The position numbers and the translations under genes were made by a program. The notes under the pieces are model-generated. The model made no database searches. It had not been told where the DNA came from and saw only the letters and a program-made list of their open reading frames with translations. From Lama guanicoe (taxonomy: Eukaryota), in contig MU057201.1 of assembly GCA_013239625.1 (NCBI GenBank), positions 124,001 through 188,000 on the forward strand: a DNA stretch of 64,000 nt, given 5' to 3'. This document shows, one piece after another, positions 24,966 through 38,169 of this stretch (position 1 is its first letter; each line of letters starts with the position of its first letter).

Positions 24966-26039
24966 TATGGCCATCTCCATCGATACTGAAAAGATAAAAA
25001 TGAGGTGTTATCTGATTTTACCAGTCGTTTACTATTAGTCTGTCTACTACCAATACCAGAAAATCTAATTACCACTCTAATCATTACATTACTTTCTCTA
25101 ACATCATAATCACATATATGCAAATAATTCACAATTTACTCAGGGCAATGACACTCCAGTTTCTTTCATAATTCATGTGTTTTTATGAGAGAATGCTGCA
25201 GGTCAGCTCTTCTGAATGCCCAAAACAACTCAGCCCAAAGATGATGTGGCTCCTGTTCCAGTTTAAAATATGTTACTGATTAATGTGTTTAGAGTTGGGA
25301 TTTTATTTGAACTCTTATGTATTGTTTATATTTTGGAACATTTAAGAGAATCTTAGTTTCACTGATTTTTTTAAAGTTTACTTTTTGAAATAAATAGAAT
25401 TATTTACTATTCATGAAGGTTTTATTCATTAAGACTTTTTTTCCCCCTCTCAAATCTGCTCTTCTGTCTTCCCCACCTTGGTAATTGGCAATTCTTTCCT
25501 TCTTATTGCTCAGGCCAAACATCTTGGTTCTCCCTTGACTCCTCTGTTTCTTTCATCCCCACATTAACTCAATTAGCAAATCCTCAACTCTGCCTTCAGC
25601 ATACAATCAAAGGGCTGCACATCCAGGGACAGGAGGAATTGCTGTGGCCTTCTTTACAGTCAAGCTACCACGGTCTGTATACAGAAACATGAACCAATAC
25701 CTAGAGCAGAGTCTCATAAGCAGAATATGAACTCATAAAAAGACAGGAGCTAATATACAGGAACAAAGTCTGTATGTAAGGTATGAGCTACCCAAGGTGT
25801 ATGAATCCCTTCTAATCCACTGGAGTGAACATTGAATCAAAAACTGGGTTTAAAGGAAACAATTGCAAGGGGTTGGAATTTCAGCTCAGCCATTTCTCTT
25901 CATACCCTAAGAATAGAAAATAAAGGGAATCTCCTTTCTATCTCCGGGAGAGTAGACGAGAAAATAAACATCTAGCCCACAACTTGAATGTTATGCAAAG
26001 TTCAGGTGCAGGATTAGGGTTTTAGACCACTGCCTGGGA

Positions 26040-26570
26040 TCAATAAAACTTTTTGATTGATGGAAGAAATTTTCACAATTGAGGTATGGGGAAGTCATTC
26101 TGGCTTATATGTGATTTGACTTGAACTTTATACTAACTAGAACAGCCTGGCTTATGACCTGTTTATCATGCATTGTGCATCTGCTTTAGCCATTAAGAAA
26201 AAAATGCATTATCCAGAAGTAAAGTATGCCTACTTAAGATAAGGATAAATGCCACCCACTTCCTATGATGCCCATGCTGGTTCTTCTCTAAAGATAAGGT
26301 TCCCTTCCCAGATACCAAGGTCATGCTGACTCACTGTGTATGTGTTAATCTGTCTGTTTTGAAATCTTAAAGGAATGTACCCCTGTCATGTTTGTGTTGG
26401 ATGGTTGTTCTTTGTTTTGAAAAGCTATAAAACTGATGAAAACCAGGCTTCTCCAGAGCAGCTTCTCAGAGTTACTGATAGGCTGTTTCCTAGGCTACAT
26501 TTCCTTGGTTTGGTTCAAATACAACTTTTCTATTCTGATTATAGATTGTTTATTAATTATTTGTGTTGAT
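26040..26570 (+). mobile_element. ERV1-type LTR
   Basis: agataaggataaatgcc..., TATA-like gctataaaa at about 26424, ends tgtgttga. Confidence 0.5.
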
Positions 26571-26904
26571 GTGCTGATAAATGGCATGGCTTGGCACCGT
26601 CTGGGTTAGAAGTGGCAATGCGATATGGACTAGTGTTCTGAGCAGGTTCAAATTATTGGTTCTTGTTTTGGTTCCAGTGTTAATAAAAAGGGCAACCCCC
26701 CAAAGGGTTGGTCATCACAGTAATACTTTGTTCTTTAGCAACATCTTTCATTGGAGGGACTAAGAACACTGAAAATACACCCCTGTGAGGTCACCTGTAC
26801 TAATTTCCTATGGGAAATTCCTTAATATCGTGAACAACGATTCATCAAAAGAAAATGGTTCACTCAGAATCTTAGGATGTGGACTGAGTGGCCTCGGATA
26901 GCCT

Positions 26905-27270
26905 GGCTTGTGCTCCCCTCCCAATCTGTCTCTTGAAGCCTTAACTCCTGTTTGATTGTATTTGAAGACAGGGCTTTGGGGGGATAATTAAGTTTAAATG
27001 AGGTCCTGAGGGTAGAATCCTAATCTAATAAGAAGAGGAAAAGAGAGAGAGATCTTTCTGCCCAGATACATGGAGGAAAGACCATAGTGAGGACGTAGGG
27101 AGAAGGCAGTTATCTGCAAGCCAGAAAGACAGCTGTCACCAGGAACCAAATTGGCTGGCACCTTGATCTTGGACTTCTCACCCTCCAGACCTGTGAGAAA
27201 TAAATTTTTGTAGTCTTGGCTACCCAGTCTGTGGTGTTTTGTTTTGGCAACCTGAGCTGACTAAGACACC
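26905..27270 (+). mobile_element. MLT1-type MaLR LTR
   Basis: gtatttgaagacagggcttt...ggcaccttgatcttggacttc...gagctgactaagaca. Confidence 0.85.
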
Positions 27271-27842
27271 TAATCTAGGGCTTTCCTGACTGTGATCTGG
27301 GAAACACTGATGTGTCTGGACTGTTAGTAGGTGTCAGTTCTTTGGCCAAACACCTTTGAGAATGCCACATAATATTAACATCTATTGGAAATCCACGATG
27401 TACATTAGCTTATTAGAGGCTTCCAGAGCCCTAGAGTGAGGAAAGCTGGCTACCATTGTTGGAGGAGCACCTTTTAACATCTCCATCAGATTCCTTACAT
27501 GGGGTATTTGGAAGCACCGTGGATTGTTTTTGTTTTTGTTTTATACATGTGTCCAGGTCCTAACTCTGCTTGCTCCACACTTACTGAACCAGAATATCTA
27601 GGGGCAGTGCATGGGCATAGGTGTGTTTTCAAAGACCGTGTAGATAATTTTGGTGAATGACCCTAATTACGAACGACTGAAGACATACAAATTTTGTGGA
27701 GCTCAGTTTGGGAGCAACTGATCTAGGACAGCATCCTCATTTTATAGGCAAAGAAATTAAGATCCTTGTAGGGAAAATGACTTGCCCAAGTGTGAGCACA
27801 GAACAAATAATGTTTGAACCCTTTTTTGTCCGCAATAAATGA

Positions 27843-27856
27843 CCTCTAGGTGGCAG
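27843..27856 (+). promoter_or_regulatory. CTCF-like motif (forward)
   Basis: CCTCTAGGTGGCAG is close to the CCASYAGRKGGCR core. Confidence 0.55.
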
Positions 27857-29902
27857 TTTATGTCTTGGTTTTAGTCTGTGCCCGCACAGGCAGAGAGGTT
27901 GACCCATTACTGGCTGAATTTGAACGTGGAAATATAACAGTTTAGTCAAATTAATGTCTGTCATGATACAGTGCCTTGGACCAAGCAGCTTATGAGCTGT
28001 TTCTTTGTATTCCTCACAGGCCTGGTCTCCAGCCTGGGAAGAGGAGAACTGAGGGAAGATGAAGTCTAGATAGGGAAGGGAGAGGTGAGGGGACCACAGT
28101 GCCTCTCCCATAGAGCTTATTGTGGCCAAGAAGCCAACTACTCTGCCCACCCACAGTACCATCTTCTGAATCCTGAATGATGGGCAGAGATACATGTCAG
28201 GCTGAGACAACTGGTTTTCCCAAGCCACCCCTCAGTTGATACATTCTTTGAGAAGGAATACTTTGAAAAATATAGCTGATGAAGGACCATTTAGAGAGAT
28301 GCCTTCTGAAATCCAGTCATTTTGAGAATCTTTTCTCTTGTCCCTACTGTTGCTCATTAGAATCCTAGAATATTTGGAGAGTTTCAGACTCTCCCAGGCC
28401 AATACCAGGGTTCTAGTCATGTACCTGCTACTAACTTCCAAAGTGACCTTGACAAATCACCTCCCTTTCCTCAGCCTCAGTTTCTGCATCTAATTTATTC
28501 GCATTAAACTCATTCAGTAAATCAGTGACAGTTTGGATGATGGCTGGTCTTTGACTTCAGCGACTCTAACAATTTATGTTGGGCAAGATACAGCACCACA
28601 GACACACACACACATACATACACACACACACAGAGGAAACGCACATGTGCGTTTCAAATACCTATTACACACTTAGTAAGAGCTTCCCTTTTTTTTTTAG
28701 TATCTTCAAAGGAAAAGTCCAGAGGTATAGCTGGCTCCAGACACAGAGCTCCAGTTCCACTTCTTTGTGATTCCCTCGGGTCTGTCATCCTCCATGATTT
28801 GGCTTCATTGTCAGGCTCTTGGCAAGATGGCTACAGCAGTTCCCAGGGGTCACATCCAGATCTAACAATTTCCACAGGGGAAAAGAAAGGACTACTCCTC
28901 TGTGCATTCACTTCTTAGGAGAGAGGAAACCTTTCTTAGAAGCACCTTTGTGCACTGTTCACCTTTCACTGGCTCTGATTGGGCCATATTTCCGTTGTTG
29001 TTGTTGTTTTTTCACTTGCTGACGAAGGGAATGATAGAATCCTGATTAGCATGCACCGACCGATCTTGGTGGGGGGCGAGGAGAACTGAAGTCAACTGTT
29101 TGTTAACCCTCCTTCTTTCCCAAGTCGAAACGATGAAAGGCTTATAGTGTAAAAATGGGGTCATTCCAAATCTGCTGAGAGGGAGTAAATGGTCATTTTC
29201 ATGATGCGATTCAATAATTGCTGTCTATTCTATTCCATGGGACCTGTGTGTTTGTGTGCAGAGGGGGAGGGGCCACCTTGTGGAGAGGATAATAGCCACC
29301 ATCCAAAGATGCTGTCATTCTTCTAGATTTACTTAAGGTATGTTATCCAGGGATGGGAAGTGAGATGCAGTGTCAGGCAAGGAACAGAGTTAAATAGAAC
29401 GAGTGGCAGGCATTTATGAGTTTTATTTACGGTGGTAAACTCAGGCAGCAGTTTGTGATTCTGTTTTCTGGTTTGTCTAATGCAAACTGGAGCAGATGCT
29501 AGCCTGTGACATATGGCATTGAGAGGCAAGAAGCCCACTGGCATAATGTAGGGGAAGAAATTCAAAACGTCTGAACACGAGAGCACTGTATTGGATCTTA
29601 TGAGCACCCACTCATTCACTCCCTAAGTTTGCCCTCCAAAGAAATTAAAACGTCTGTCCTGTAACCCTTATCTCTATAAATTAGTGGGTGAGGGAAGCAT
29701 CAAAAGCTTTAAAAAGCACTTCTGCTGGCTATTCTCTTGAGACCGAGGATGCCACTGAGAAGTAGGCGCCACTGAAATGGGCTTTCTGATTTCTAGCATG
29801 CTGCAGGGAGCCAGGCATAGATGAGTCTAGGTAGTGGAAGTTAACAGGAGCAGCAAAGTGGGTTTTATCAACATAACAGACATCTGGGGATCATTGACAT
29901 GT

Positions 29903-30102
29903 TGCTATGGACTGAATTGTGTCCCCTGCCAAATTCATATCTTGAAGCTCTCACTCCCAATGCGACTATATTTTTTAAATTTGTAATGTGTTAATTTCTA
30001 GTATACAGCATAGTGATTCAGTTATACTATACAGTAGGACCTTGTTGTTTATCTATTTTATATATAATAGTGTGTATCTGCAAATCCAGAATTCCCAATT
30101 TA
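29903..30102. mobile_element. MLT1 5' fragment interrupted by an antisense L1 3' end
   Basis: tgctatggactgaattgtgtccc, then gtatacagcatagtgattcagttata...tacagtaggaccttgttg. Confidence 0.7.
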
Positions 30103-30444
30103 NNNNNNNNNNNNNNNNNNNNNNNNNNNNNNNNNNNNNNNNNNNNNNNNNNNNNNNNNNNNNNNNNNNNNNNNNNNNNNNNNNNNNNNNNNNNNNNNNN
30201 NNNNNNNNNNNNNNNNNNNNNNNNNNNNNNNNNNNNNNNNNNNNNNNNNNNAACCAATAAAAGCCANNNNNNNNNNNNNNNNNNNNNNNNNNNNNNNNNN
30301 NNNNNNNNNNNNNNNNNNNNNNNNNNNNNNNNNNNNNNNNNNNNNNNNNNNNNNNNNNNNNNNNNNNNNNNNNNNNNNNNNNNNNNNNNNNNNNNNNNNN
30401 NNNNNNNNNNNNNNNNNNNNNNNNNNNNNNNNNNNNNNNNNNNN
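30103..30444. other. Two N gaps separated by a 15-nt island (30252-30266)
   Basis: Runs of N. Confidence 1.
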
Positions 30445-31559
30445 ATACACATGCAGAGATCTCTAGGTATGGATAATTAACCTCGGAGTTCCCAGGAATG
30501 AAATCTACAGGCAGTTCACCAGGCCTTAGTTGATCTGTATAACCAAAAAGATTCTTAGGTCTGGCCTGCAGTGGTTCCTGGCACTTAAGCCACCACACTA
30601 GCCTAACGGACAGAGAGAATTCCCAGGCATGAATCATTAGTTACACACACCCAGAGTCCTTAGAATGGAGCATGCTCAGGGGAACCTGAGCAAGAAATCC
30701 GCTGTAATACTTGTGAACCGTCTTCCCCTTGGCCTCCCCCACAAAGCACCTGCACCCGCTGACCTTGGCAACTTGCAGCGGGAACCGGGACAGCCTCAGA
30801 CCTTTCAGAGACTAATTGGAAACTGCCTTTAAGTCAATGCTAGTACTAAGGGACCCAGGACACCCCTGCAGTAGTACCTAGCGTGGACTGGAAGGAGTGC
30901 TTATGAAACTTAGGGGAAAATGGGGTTCTTCCCTGAGTCTGCCACTGGGCAGGTTCAGGGAGACCCTGACCCCCACCTCTGGAATTATTCTACCAGTTTC
31001 CAGATACACTTGGCAGCGGACAGCATCTGCACATTGCTTAGAGTGTGTACTTTTTGTTGCTGCTGTTGATGTCCAACTGCATGGCCCGCCCATCTCCCCT
31101 GATATAGCTGAGGACCCTCTCAGACAGGGACACTGGGGCCCCCTTTGAGAACCCACCAAGCCAAGTCCCTAACCCCCTCTCCAGTTGGAGTGTTTCTTAT
31201 CTGGCTGGTAGCTGTCAGGGCCAACCTGACCTTCTGTTGCATCCTCTAACCTCTGTGCTCCAAGACGTGGAGTCACAGAAGACACTGAAGTCATCTTCTG
31301 CACCTCCAGAGGGAAGAAGGGAGAAAGCAGGGAGTGGGGCGTTGTCCCCATCGTTTTCTTCCTAAATCCACTGTGTCATGGCTTTGGCTCACCATGCTGG
31401 GACAGGCTGCTCCAGCAAGCCTCCTAACTTGGGGAATCTCCAGGCAGAGACAGGCGCCCATCTCCTAAGTGCTGCCACGTTGGCTACCTGGCCCCTGGAG
31501 AAGGGGATATTAGGGTAAGAAGGGGCAAATGGAGCTATTAGAGCGTGCCCTCCTTATCA

Positions 31560-32420
31560 ACAGAGGAAGTAAAATGTGATAGCTTGTCCTTATGGGAACT
31601 GCAGAGATTTTGGCCGCCATCCAAGACTTGAAAAATGCAGGTGTTACTCCTACCACACACGACTAATGTGGATCCACAGGTAAAACAGACTCTCTAGCTG
31701 GTCTAGGCTACCATGCTGGTAAATCTGACCCTGGCCCTTATCATCCAGCAGATCCAATGGTGCCCAGAATCTTTGGGGTAAATCAATATGCTTGTTATAA
31801 GGAGCTTGTGGCAAGCCCTGATAGGAGACTCTCAGCACAGGCTGCTAGGATGTAATAGCCACTACGAACCAGCAACTAAACTTATGGTGCTGTTTCTCCC
31901 ATTGCCAAGATTTGCAAGTTTGGAACAAAGAGACTGGTAGAAATAAAGGTGGTGCCTCTCATAATTACACCTGACCCATCTGTAACCATTTTACTTTGTG
32001 TCCTTGCAACTCTGATCTCTGCGGGTTTAGAGGTTTTCTAAAACCTCTCCGTTCCCTAGAAGAAATGCATCTAGTATGGGACAAAACAATGGTTCCACAA
32101 AATGTGAAGCCACTCTTGGCCCCTGGAGCCACTCAAAACAGGTGGTTATGGTGTTCATGCTTTCAAATGAGGATAGGACGGAATGCAGATGAGACTCAGA
32201 TCCCCTAAGGTACCTTTTTACAGAACAATCCTGAGGGGGTGCGTGACAGAGTACTGCAACCCTACGAAGCCCACCGAGGCTCAGATTCCTTGGGAATGAA
32301 ACTGTACCTCTCCAGTAGGTAAGACAAAAGGATGGTGGAATTGACAGAGAAGTCATAAATAACAGGACCACCTCATGGTTCTGTGTGGACACAGGACTTA
32401 CCCTCTACCTGTATTTCCCT
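31560..32420 (+). mobile_element. ERVL/MaLR internal remnants
   Basis: Degenerate strings like those at 41.5-42.8 kb; no ORF. Confidence 0.4.
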
Positions 32421-35400
32421 GCTGATGGTCTTTTTTTAAAACTCTCTCACCTCCTCTTTACTTTTGTAAATAGGATAGAGTGGTGGTGGTGGTGAGTTCA
32501 CCATTTAGGTCATGGAATTGCAAAATATCAATATTAAGTTAGGATAATGGCGGTGCTAGAGAAAGAAGAGACATCACAGGGAGAGCTTGAACTATAAACA
32601 GAGGCCCCATGACTTCCCTCCGACTGTGATAGCCAGACATGTTTGTATGTGTTGTTTCTGTCAGGGTAATTCCTGATGGTACGTGGAGTCATTACGTGAT
32701 GCCAGGAGGGAGTGTTTCTGGAATCATGTGAATGGAAGAGGGGTGTTTGTACATGTTAGGAGTAGGAAGTAATTACTGTCCATAATACTTTTCTGTCTAC
32801 CTTACTTGCCCTCCTTTTGGAAACTGCTGAAAATCACAGCGATTCGCTTCTCCAGAACACAGTATTGGCATAGAAATACAAGTGATAGAAGGACATTAGT
32901 ACCCAGCAAAGCCCCCGAAAATTGGGTATCCTTGCTTGTCCCACAGCCTCCAACTTTTAAAACTTTGTTACCTTGCCCAGAATCACTCAGATTCTTTGGT
33001 TCAACAAAATTTAGCTTATAAACTTGACCTCTAGGCTCCCAAGCATTCAAGAAGGATTTGAAGCAAAGCTCTTCAATTTGCAGTAAAAGTACCCAAAGTG
33101 GGGACAATGGTAACTCATGTCTTGAAAGCAGCATGTTTACAACTCTGACCACTCCCACCCCTATAACAGGTCTCTCTGAGTTGCTGGAGAAGGGAGCCAA
33201 TGACAGTAGTCATTCAGGTGACCAGAAGCAGTCTGAGCTTGAAGGCAGTCATGGAACTGGGTCCAAGGAAGGGGGTCAAGGGTCACAACAGAAAGAGCAG
33301 GCTGTAGACCAGCCTGAGGGACGTCCAGGGTCTGGAACCTGCATCTGTGCCTGTAAAGTCAGAAGTTTGGTTCTGTCAGGAGAGGATCTGGGAGAAAGGA
33401 AGGGGAGAATGATAGAGTAAAGGTTAAAAAGGAATTTTTTTTTGATCTGATATGTAAGAGTGGTGCTCCCTCCCATCTGGTACTTTCAGAGAATGGCACT
33501 TTTAGGAAAACCTGAATGAAAGTTAAAAAATTTTCAACTGTAATTATCTAGAACTGTGTATATTTGATCTTTTTCTGTTAATGGGCAAAGAGCTGTGTTT
33601 TCTGAGGAGAAAGTGGTATTTAATTAGTTACAATTTCCACACTGAAACCATTTTGCTGTTATTTAAGTATTGTTATAAGAATGCTTTTAATATTTCCTTA
33701 AAACTAATTTCTTTGGTTAGAATTCAAATCCTAAGTGACTCTGAATTCCATCTGACTCTCCACTGGTGCGCACTGGTACCTGTCCTTGGGAGTGCTGAGC
33801 CAAGGATGCAGGGATGGAGTGCCCAGCTCTGTGCTCCCCAAATTCCAGGATCCGTGCCACCCACTTGGGTAGTGAATTTTACCCTAAAGATTTAAAAAGG
33901 AGGCCAATTAACAACTAACCATAAAAGTGGTGATCACTTTGTAATGTATAAAGATATTGAATCACTATGTTGTACACCTGAAACTAATAAATAACCTTGT
34001 AAGTCAATGATAATTCAATTAAAAAGTGCACAGAAAAGAGCTAATCACAGCAGTCAATGTCTCACATTAGTAGGGAGAATATTATTGGCAGCATTTCATC
34101 GCTCCGCCACTATCCTTCTCTGTTTGTCTCCTCCTGAAAATTAGGGGTAATAATAGTACCTATCTCTGGGTTGCTGAGGATTAAATGAAATGATGTATAT
34201 AAAGTGCTTAGGACATTGCATGGGTTATGGCAAGTGTGCAATAGTGTTTCCAAGTATTATTATTTCTCTATAACTAGTGGAGTATATAAATGTATGTTAT
34301 ATAATATCTATATATTTCGCTCTGTCTCCATCACTTGAGCCTTTGGTGAGGTGACGTCACATCTATTAAACCCATTCCACGTGGATATAATATAATTACT
34401 TGTTTTTAATGTCTACATGGTATCCCATCACATAGATGGACTATTTCTAGTTAGCCAAGCTCCTGTTGTGCAGTTAATTTTCCCTATCTTGCTATTATGA
34501 CCAATACAAAAATGTAAGAACCTTATCTAAACATCATAAGGCACTTGTCCAATTTTTAAGTTTTGAATATTTTTCAGTTTTGAAAAATCACATCACATTT
34601 TTTGTTTTGTTTTTACCTTAACTGTGACATTGCAGAGATTAGCTGATAAAAAGTTATGTAGAGGGAGGAAGCTCTGGGCTACCTGAAGATTATTGGCCAT
34701 TTTAGTTTTAAGGCATTTAAGGCATGGGTTGCTTGGAAGGCAAAGAAATCATATTTCACATGATCATTCAGGAACATTCTAGGATATGCATCCACTATTG
34801 CAGAAAGATAGGAAGGCAGAATCTAGCTGGACTCGTGTGTCACTCCCCAACCCCCCTTCCCCCCAATTTTCTTCTAAATGCAGTAAATTCATTTTAATAA
34901 ATTTTAGTATTTCTCTGGCAGGTGAAGGACAGATTTATTACTTGAAGCAAGTAAGGAGAACACCAGGGATATTTCCCAAACCAGTGTGTCCAGTTTTAAT
35001 TTTTATCAAAGTAATACATGCATATAAAGGATTAAAAAAATCAACCAGTACAAAAGGACATATAATGAAAAGCAGGAACTCCCTGCCACCCTTCTCAACT
35101 TTTGCTTCCCCCACCTAGAGGCAAAAACTTTTACACATGTCTGTTTAGAGGTTAACTCCACTTCCCCTAATAATATGCTTTTATTACTGTTTCTTAACTT
35201 GATGAGACATTTTCTGCATCCCCTCAGCTCTCCTCCCCCTCCGTATGGTTGTATCACTAGTTTTAACTCTTCTGTTGGTTACTTTGTTAACTTTAAAAAT
35301 ATAACCCCTAGGCTTGTCTTATTCTTTCAACTAGAGACAGTATCTGGGCCCCCTACCATATGAGAATCACACCGCTATTCCATCTCCTCCCCTCTGACTG

Positions 35401-36330
35401 CCAAGAACTTGTTGCCTGTTCTTTTCAAAGCTGGTTAACATTCCCATTCTGTGCTATAACTGTAATTGTCTTCCTGCTTTGCCTAGAGATTTATTCTAAA
35501 AATGAAAAATCACAATTAATATTTCCATTGTAATGATTATTTAAACATCGTTCACCGAAAAGCAAAACTGAATGCTCTGATGGGATTTTCTCATCTGTGA
35601 CTGCAGTCTTGATTCATGTGCTCAGGTTCAAGCAGATTCCCTTCCTCTGGTTCCTGGCAACAGTTCAACAACAGGCCACATCCGAGGATGCTTCGTATTT
35701 GAAGCCTACTTTTCTTGTACAGTTTGAAATGTTTGTTTTTCCCTGTAGTTTCCATTTGCTATAGTTTTTTTCTTTTGGGGTGAAGAAATCCAGGCCTTCC
35801 AGATCATGTGATTAATTTCTTCCAGCTTCTGACTCCATCCATCTGTTTCTTACAATTTATTCAATTCAGTTGGAAGTCTATTCACTTCTTTTTCTAATTT
35901 GGAAGATTTGCTTTCTATTTGGACCATTCTTGCACAGTTTATCTTTATTAAAGTTGTTAGTAACTTTTCCTTTTTTTTCCCCCATCAGGGCAGCTTGTGC
36001 CCATTGTCATTTCCCAGCGTTCGTGCTGTCTTGTTTTATGGATGCAAGAACTTCTCAATCATTTCTGAGGATTTTCAGATTTTTAATATTTCCTTGGGAT
36101 TCAGCTTTTCCTTATATCTTAGTCTTCTGGGGTTATATTGCAGGCTTTCCGCAAATAATGGTTTCTAGCCGCCCATTTATAATTAAAAGATGGGGCCATA
36201 GAAGGACAGACCGGCAAATCTGTGCACGAGGCGAGCTGGTCACTTTGCTCTAGGGCGGGAGAGCTGGTGGGTGGAGGTCGGCCATCCTGCCGGGCTCCCC
36301 GCCCTCTGCAATGCCACAAAGTTAGTTGCT

Positions 36331-36564
36331 CTAAATGTGTACCTGCAGGCGGACGTTGAGAATCANNNNNNNNNNNNNNNNNNNNNNNNNNNNNNNNNNN
36401 NNNNNNNNNNNNNNNNNNNNNNNNNNNNNNNNNNNNNNNNNNNNNNNNNNNNNNNNNNNNNNNNNNNNNNNNNNNNNNNNNNNNNNNNNNNNNNNCAGCC
36501 GCACCGCCAGCCCGGACAGGGCCGCCGCCGCCGCCGCCGTCATCGATCTGGTGTAGCCTCCCAT
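36331..36564 (-). CDS. SMIM10: Small integral membrane protein 10, 77 aa, middle hidden by an N run
   Basis: [23 protein letters not shown][44 X][10 protein letters not shown] matches recalled human SMIM10 (..[20 protein letters not shown]...ILNVHLQVYI). Upstream in-frame PEASGSRHC matches human MEALGSGHY, which separates it from SMIM10L2A/B. Confidence 0.9.
   Translation of the reverse strand: [77 protein letters not shown]
36366..36495. other. 130-nt N gap inside the SMIM10 CDS
   Basis: Run of N. Confidence 1.
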
Positions 36565-37774
36565 GCAGTGCCTAGAGCCCGAGGCTTCCGGCCGGCTTCC
36601 CAGAACCGACCGACGGATAGAGGGACGGATGCGGGAGAACCGGTGCGGGAGGCGGGTCGCGCGGCTGCAGATGCCAGCGGCGCTGCACGGCGGGTACCCT
36701 CCTCCTCCTGCAGCGCTCGGGCCGCCGCGGTCGCTGGTGGCCCGCTGGGAACGCGGGGCTGGGACGCCTCGGGGCCGCGCGGGGCGGGGCCGGGCGGGGC
36801 GCCAGGGATCCGGAGCCCAGGGTAGTGCAGTTTCCCCGGGAGACCTAGCTTCCTGACCCCGGTGGTCTTTCTTTTTTTTTTAATTTTTAAACTTTAACGG
36901 AAGCAAAACGAAACTTGCTCAAAACGTTAGAGATTTTCCTTCATAAGCACGATCTTGAGTAGCTTAGAAAACGTAAATGCATTTCCTCTTGCCTCAAATC
37001 CCTTTAGGAATTTTTTCAATCCTCAATTGTGAGCTAGTACAAATACACCAAACCTACTAATTTTCTGAACGTGTGTGCATTCTGGTTTAATCATGCAAGC
37101 GACTTTATTGTTTTTGTTTTTGCTTTAGATCTTTAGTATTCTGCTAATGAGAAAAGTTATACAAACAAGTTTTCAGAAATTGTCAACATCACATTTAGAA
37201 CAATGGAAGGCAAATTCCCTTGGCAGCTTCCCCGCCCCGCCCCCGCCATGAACTAAGATTATGTTTCCTGTATATACTTCCAGACGCGATATGTTGATAG
37301 AGTGCTTTTACCATGTCAATAATATACGACTACCTAACTCTCTTTGATGACGGATTATTACACCAATATATATGACGAATAATGCTCAGTAATTCAGTTA
37401 GCAAGTCCCCTGTTGATGGACATTCTGAATGCTTCTCGTTTTTCTTAAGCCAAAAATTGCTGCAGTGAATATCGTACACATTAATTTGCAAGTGGCAGAA
37501 GAGTACGAATAATGCCCCACCTTTATGTATAAACACAATCATGTAAGTGTAGATATTTAGTGTTTGAGGTCATAAAGTTTTACTAATATATGTGGTCGAT
37601 CAAAGAAGTTTAGAGACCAGGTTTCTATACAACATTGAGTGTTAATCTTGGAATTTTTTCCTTCAGTATGATACTCAGTAATTCCATTTCATTTTTCTTC
37701 TAATCTGCATTCATTTAATTATCAGTGAAGCTGAGCAACTTTTCTAAATTTCTTTTTAATATTGTTGTACTGAT

Positions 37775-38169
37775 TGTTAGAATCGGAGAGAAAGGATCAG
37801 AGACAGCGCAATGGCAGAGTCAGGTTTATTGCAAGAAACCTGCAGTCAGTCTCCAGTTAGACTGGAGCCCGCTCTCTGCCTACAGGCTTGGTTATTTATG
37901 CCTGGGGGTAGAGCTGATGGGGGGGTTATGCAAATAAGGGATCCTGAAAGTGAAAGGGGCGTGTCTGAAAGTGAAAGGGGCGTGTCTGAAAGAGAGAGGG
38001 GCCTGTGGGAAAGAGAGAGGGGCCTGCTGGATGAATTCTCTCATCAGAAGTTCTCACTCAGGTCTGGGGAGGGTTTTACAGGCAGAAGACGGAAGCTGTG
38101 GCTTGCAGTTGGCTAGGCTTGTCCCAAAATGGCGGTGGATCACCAAAATGGAGTTGGTCTTATCTATCA
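37775..38169 (-). mobile_element. Solo ERV LTR, 395 bp, with 5-bp TSD
   Basis: TG...CA termini, CTGAT at both 37770-37774 and 38170-38174, minus-strand AATAAA near 37824, and internal 21-bp tandem repeats. Confidence 0.85.

Larger units (their letters stand above)
36250..36860. promoter_or_regulatory. SMIM10 CpG island and promoter
   Basis: Dense CpG, tandem ETS-type CCGGAAG sites at 36585-36600, and a GC-box/G4-like cluster at 36771-36800. Confidence 0.8.

Noticed and set aside
29988-30637. Long ORFs containing X residues
   Set aside because: Artefacts of translating through N gaps.
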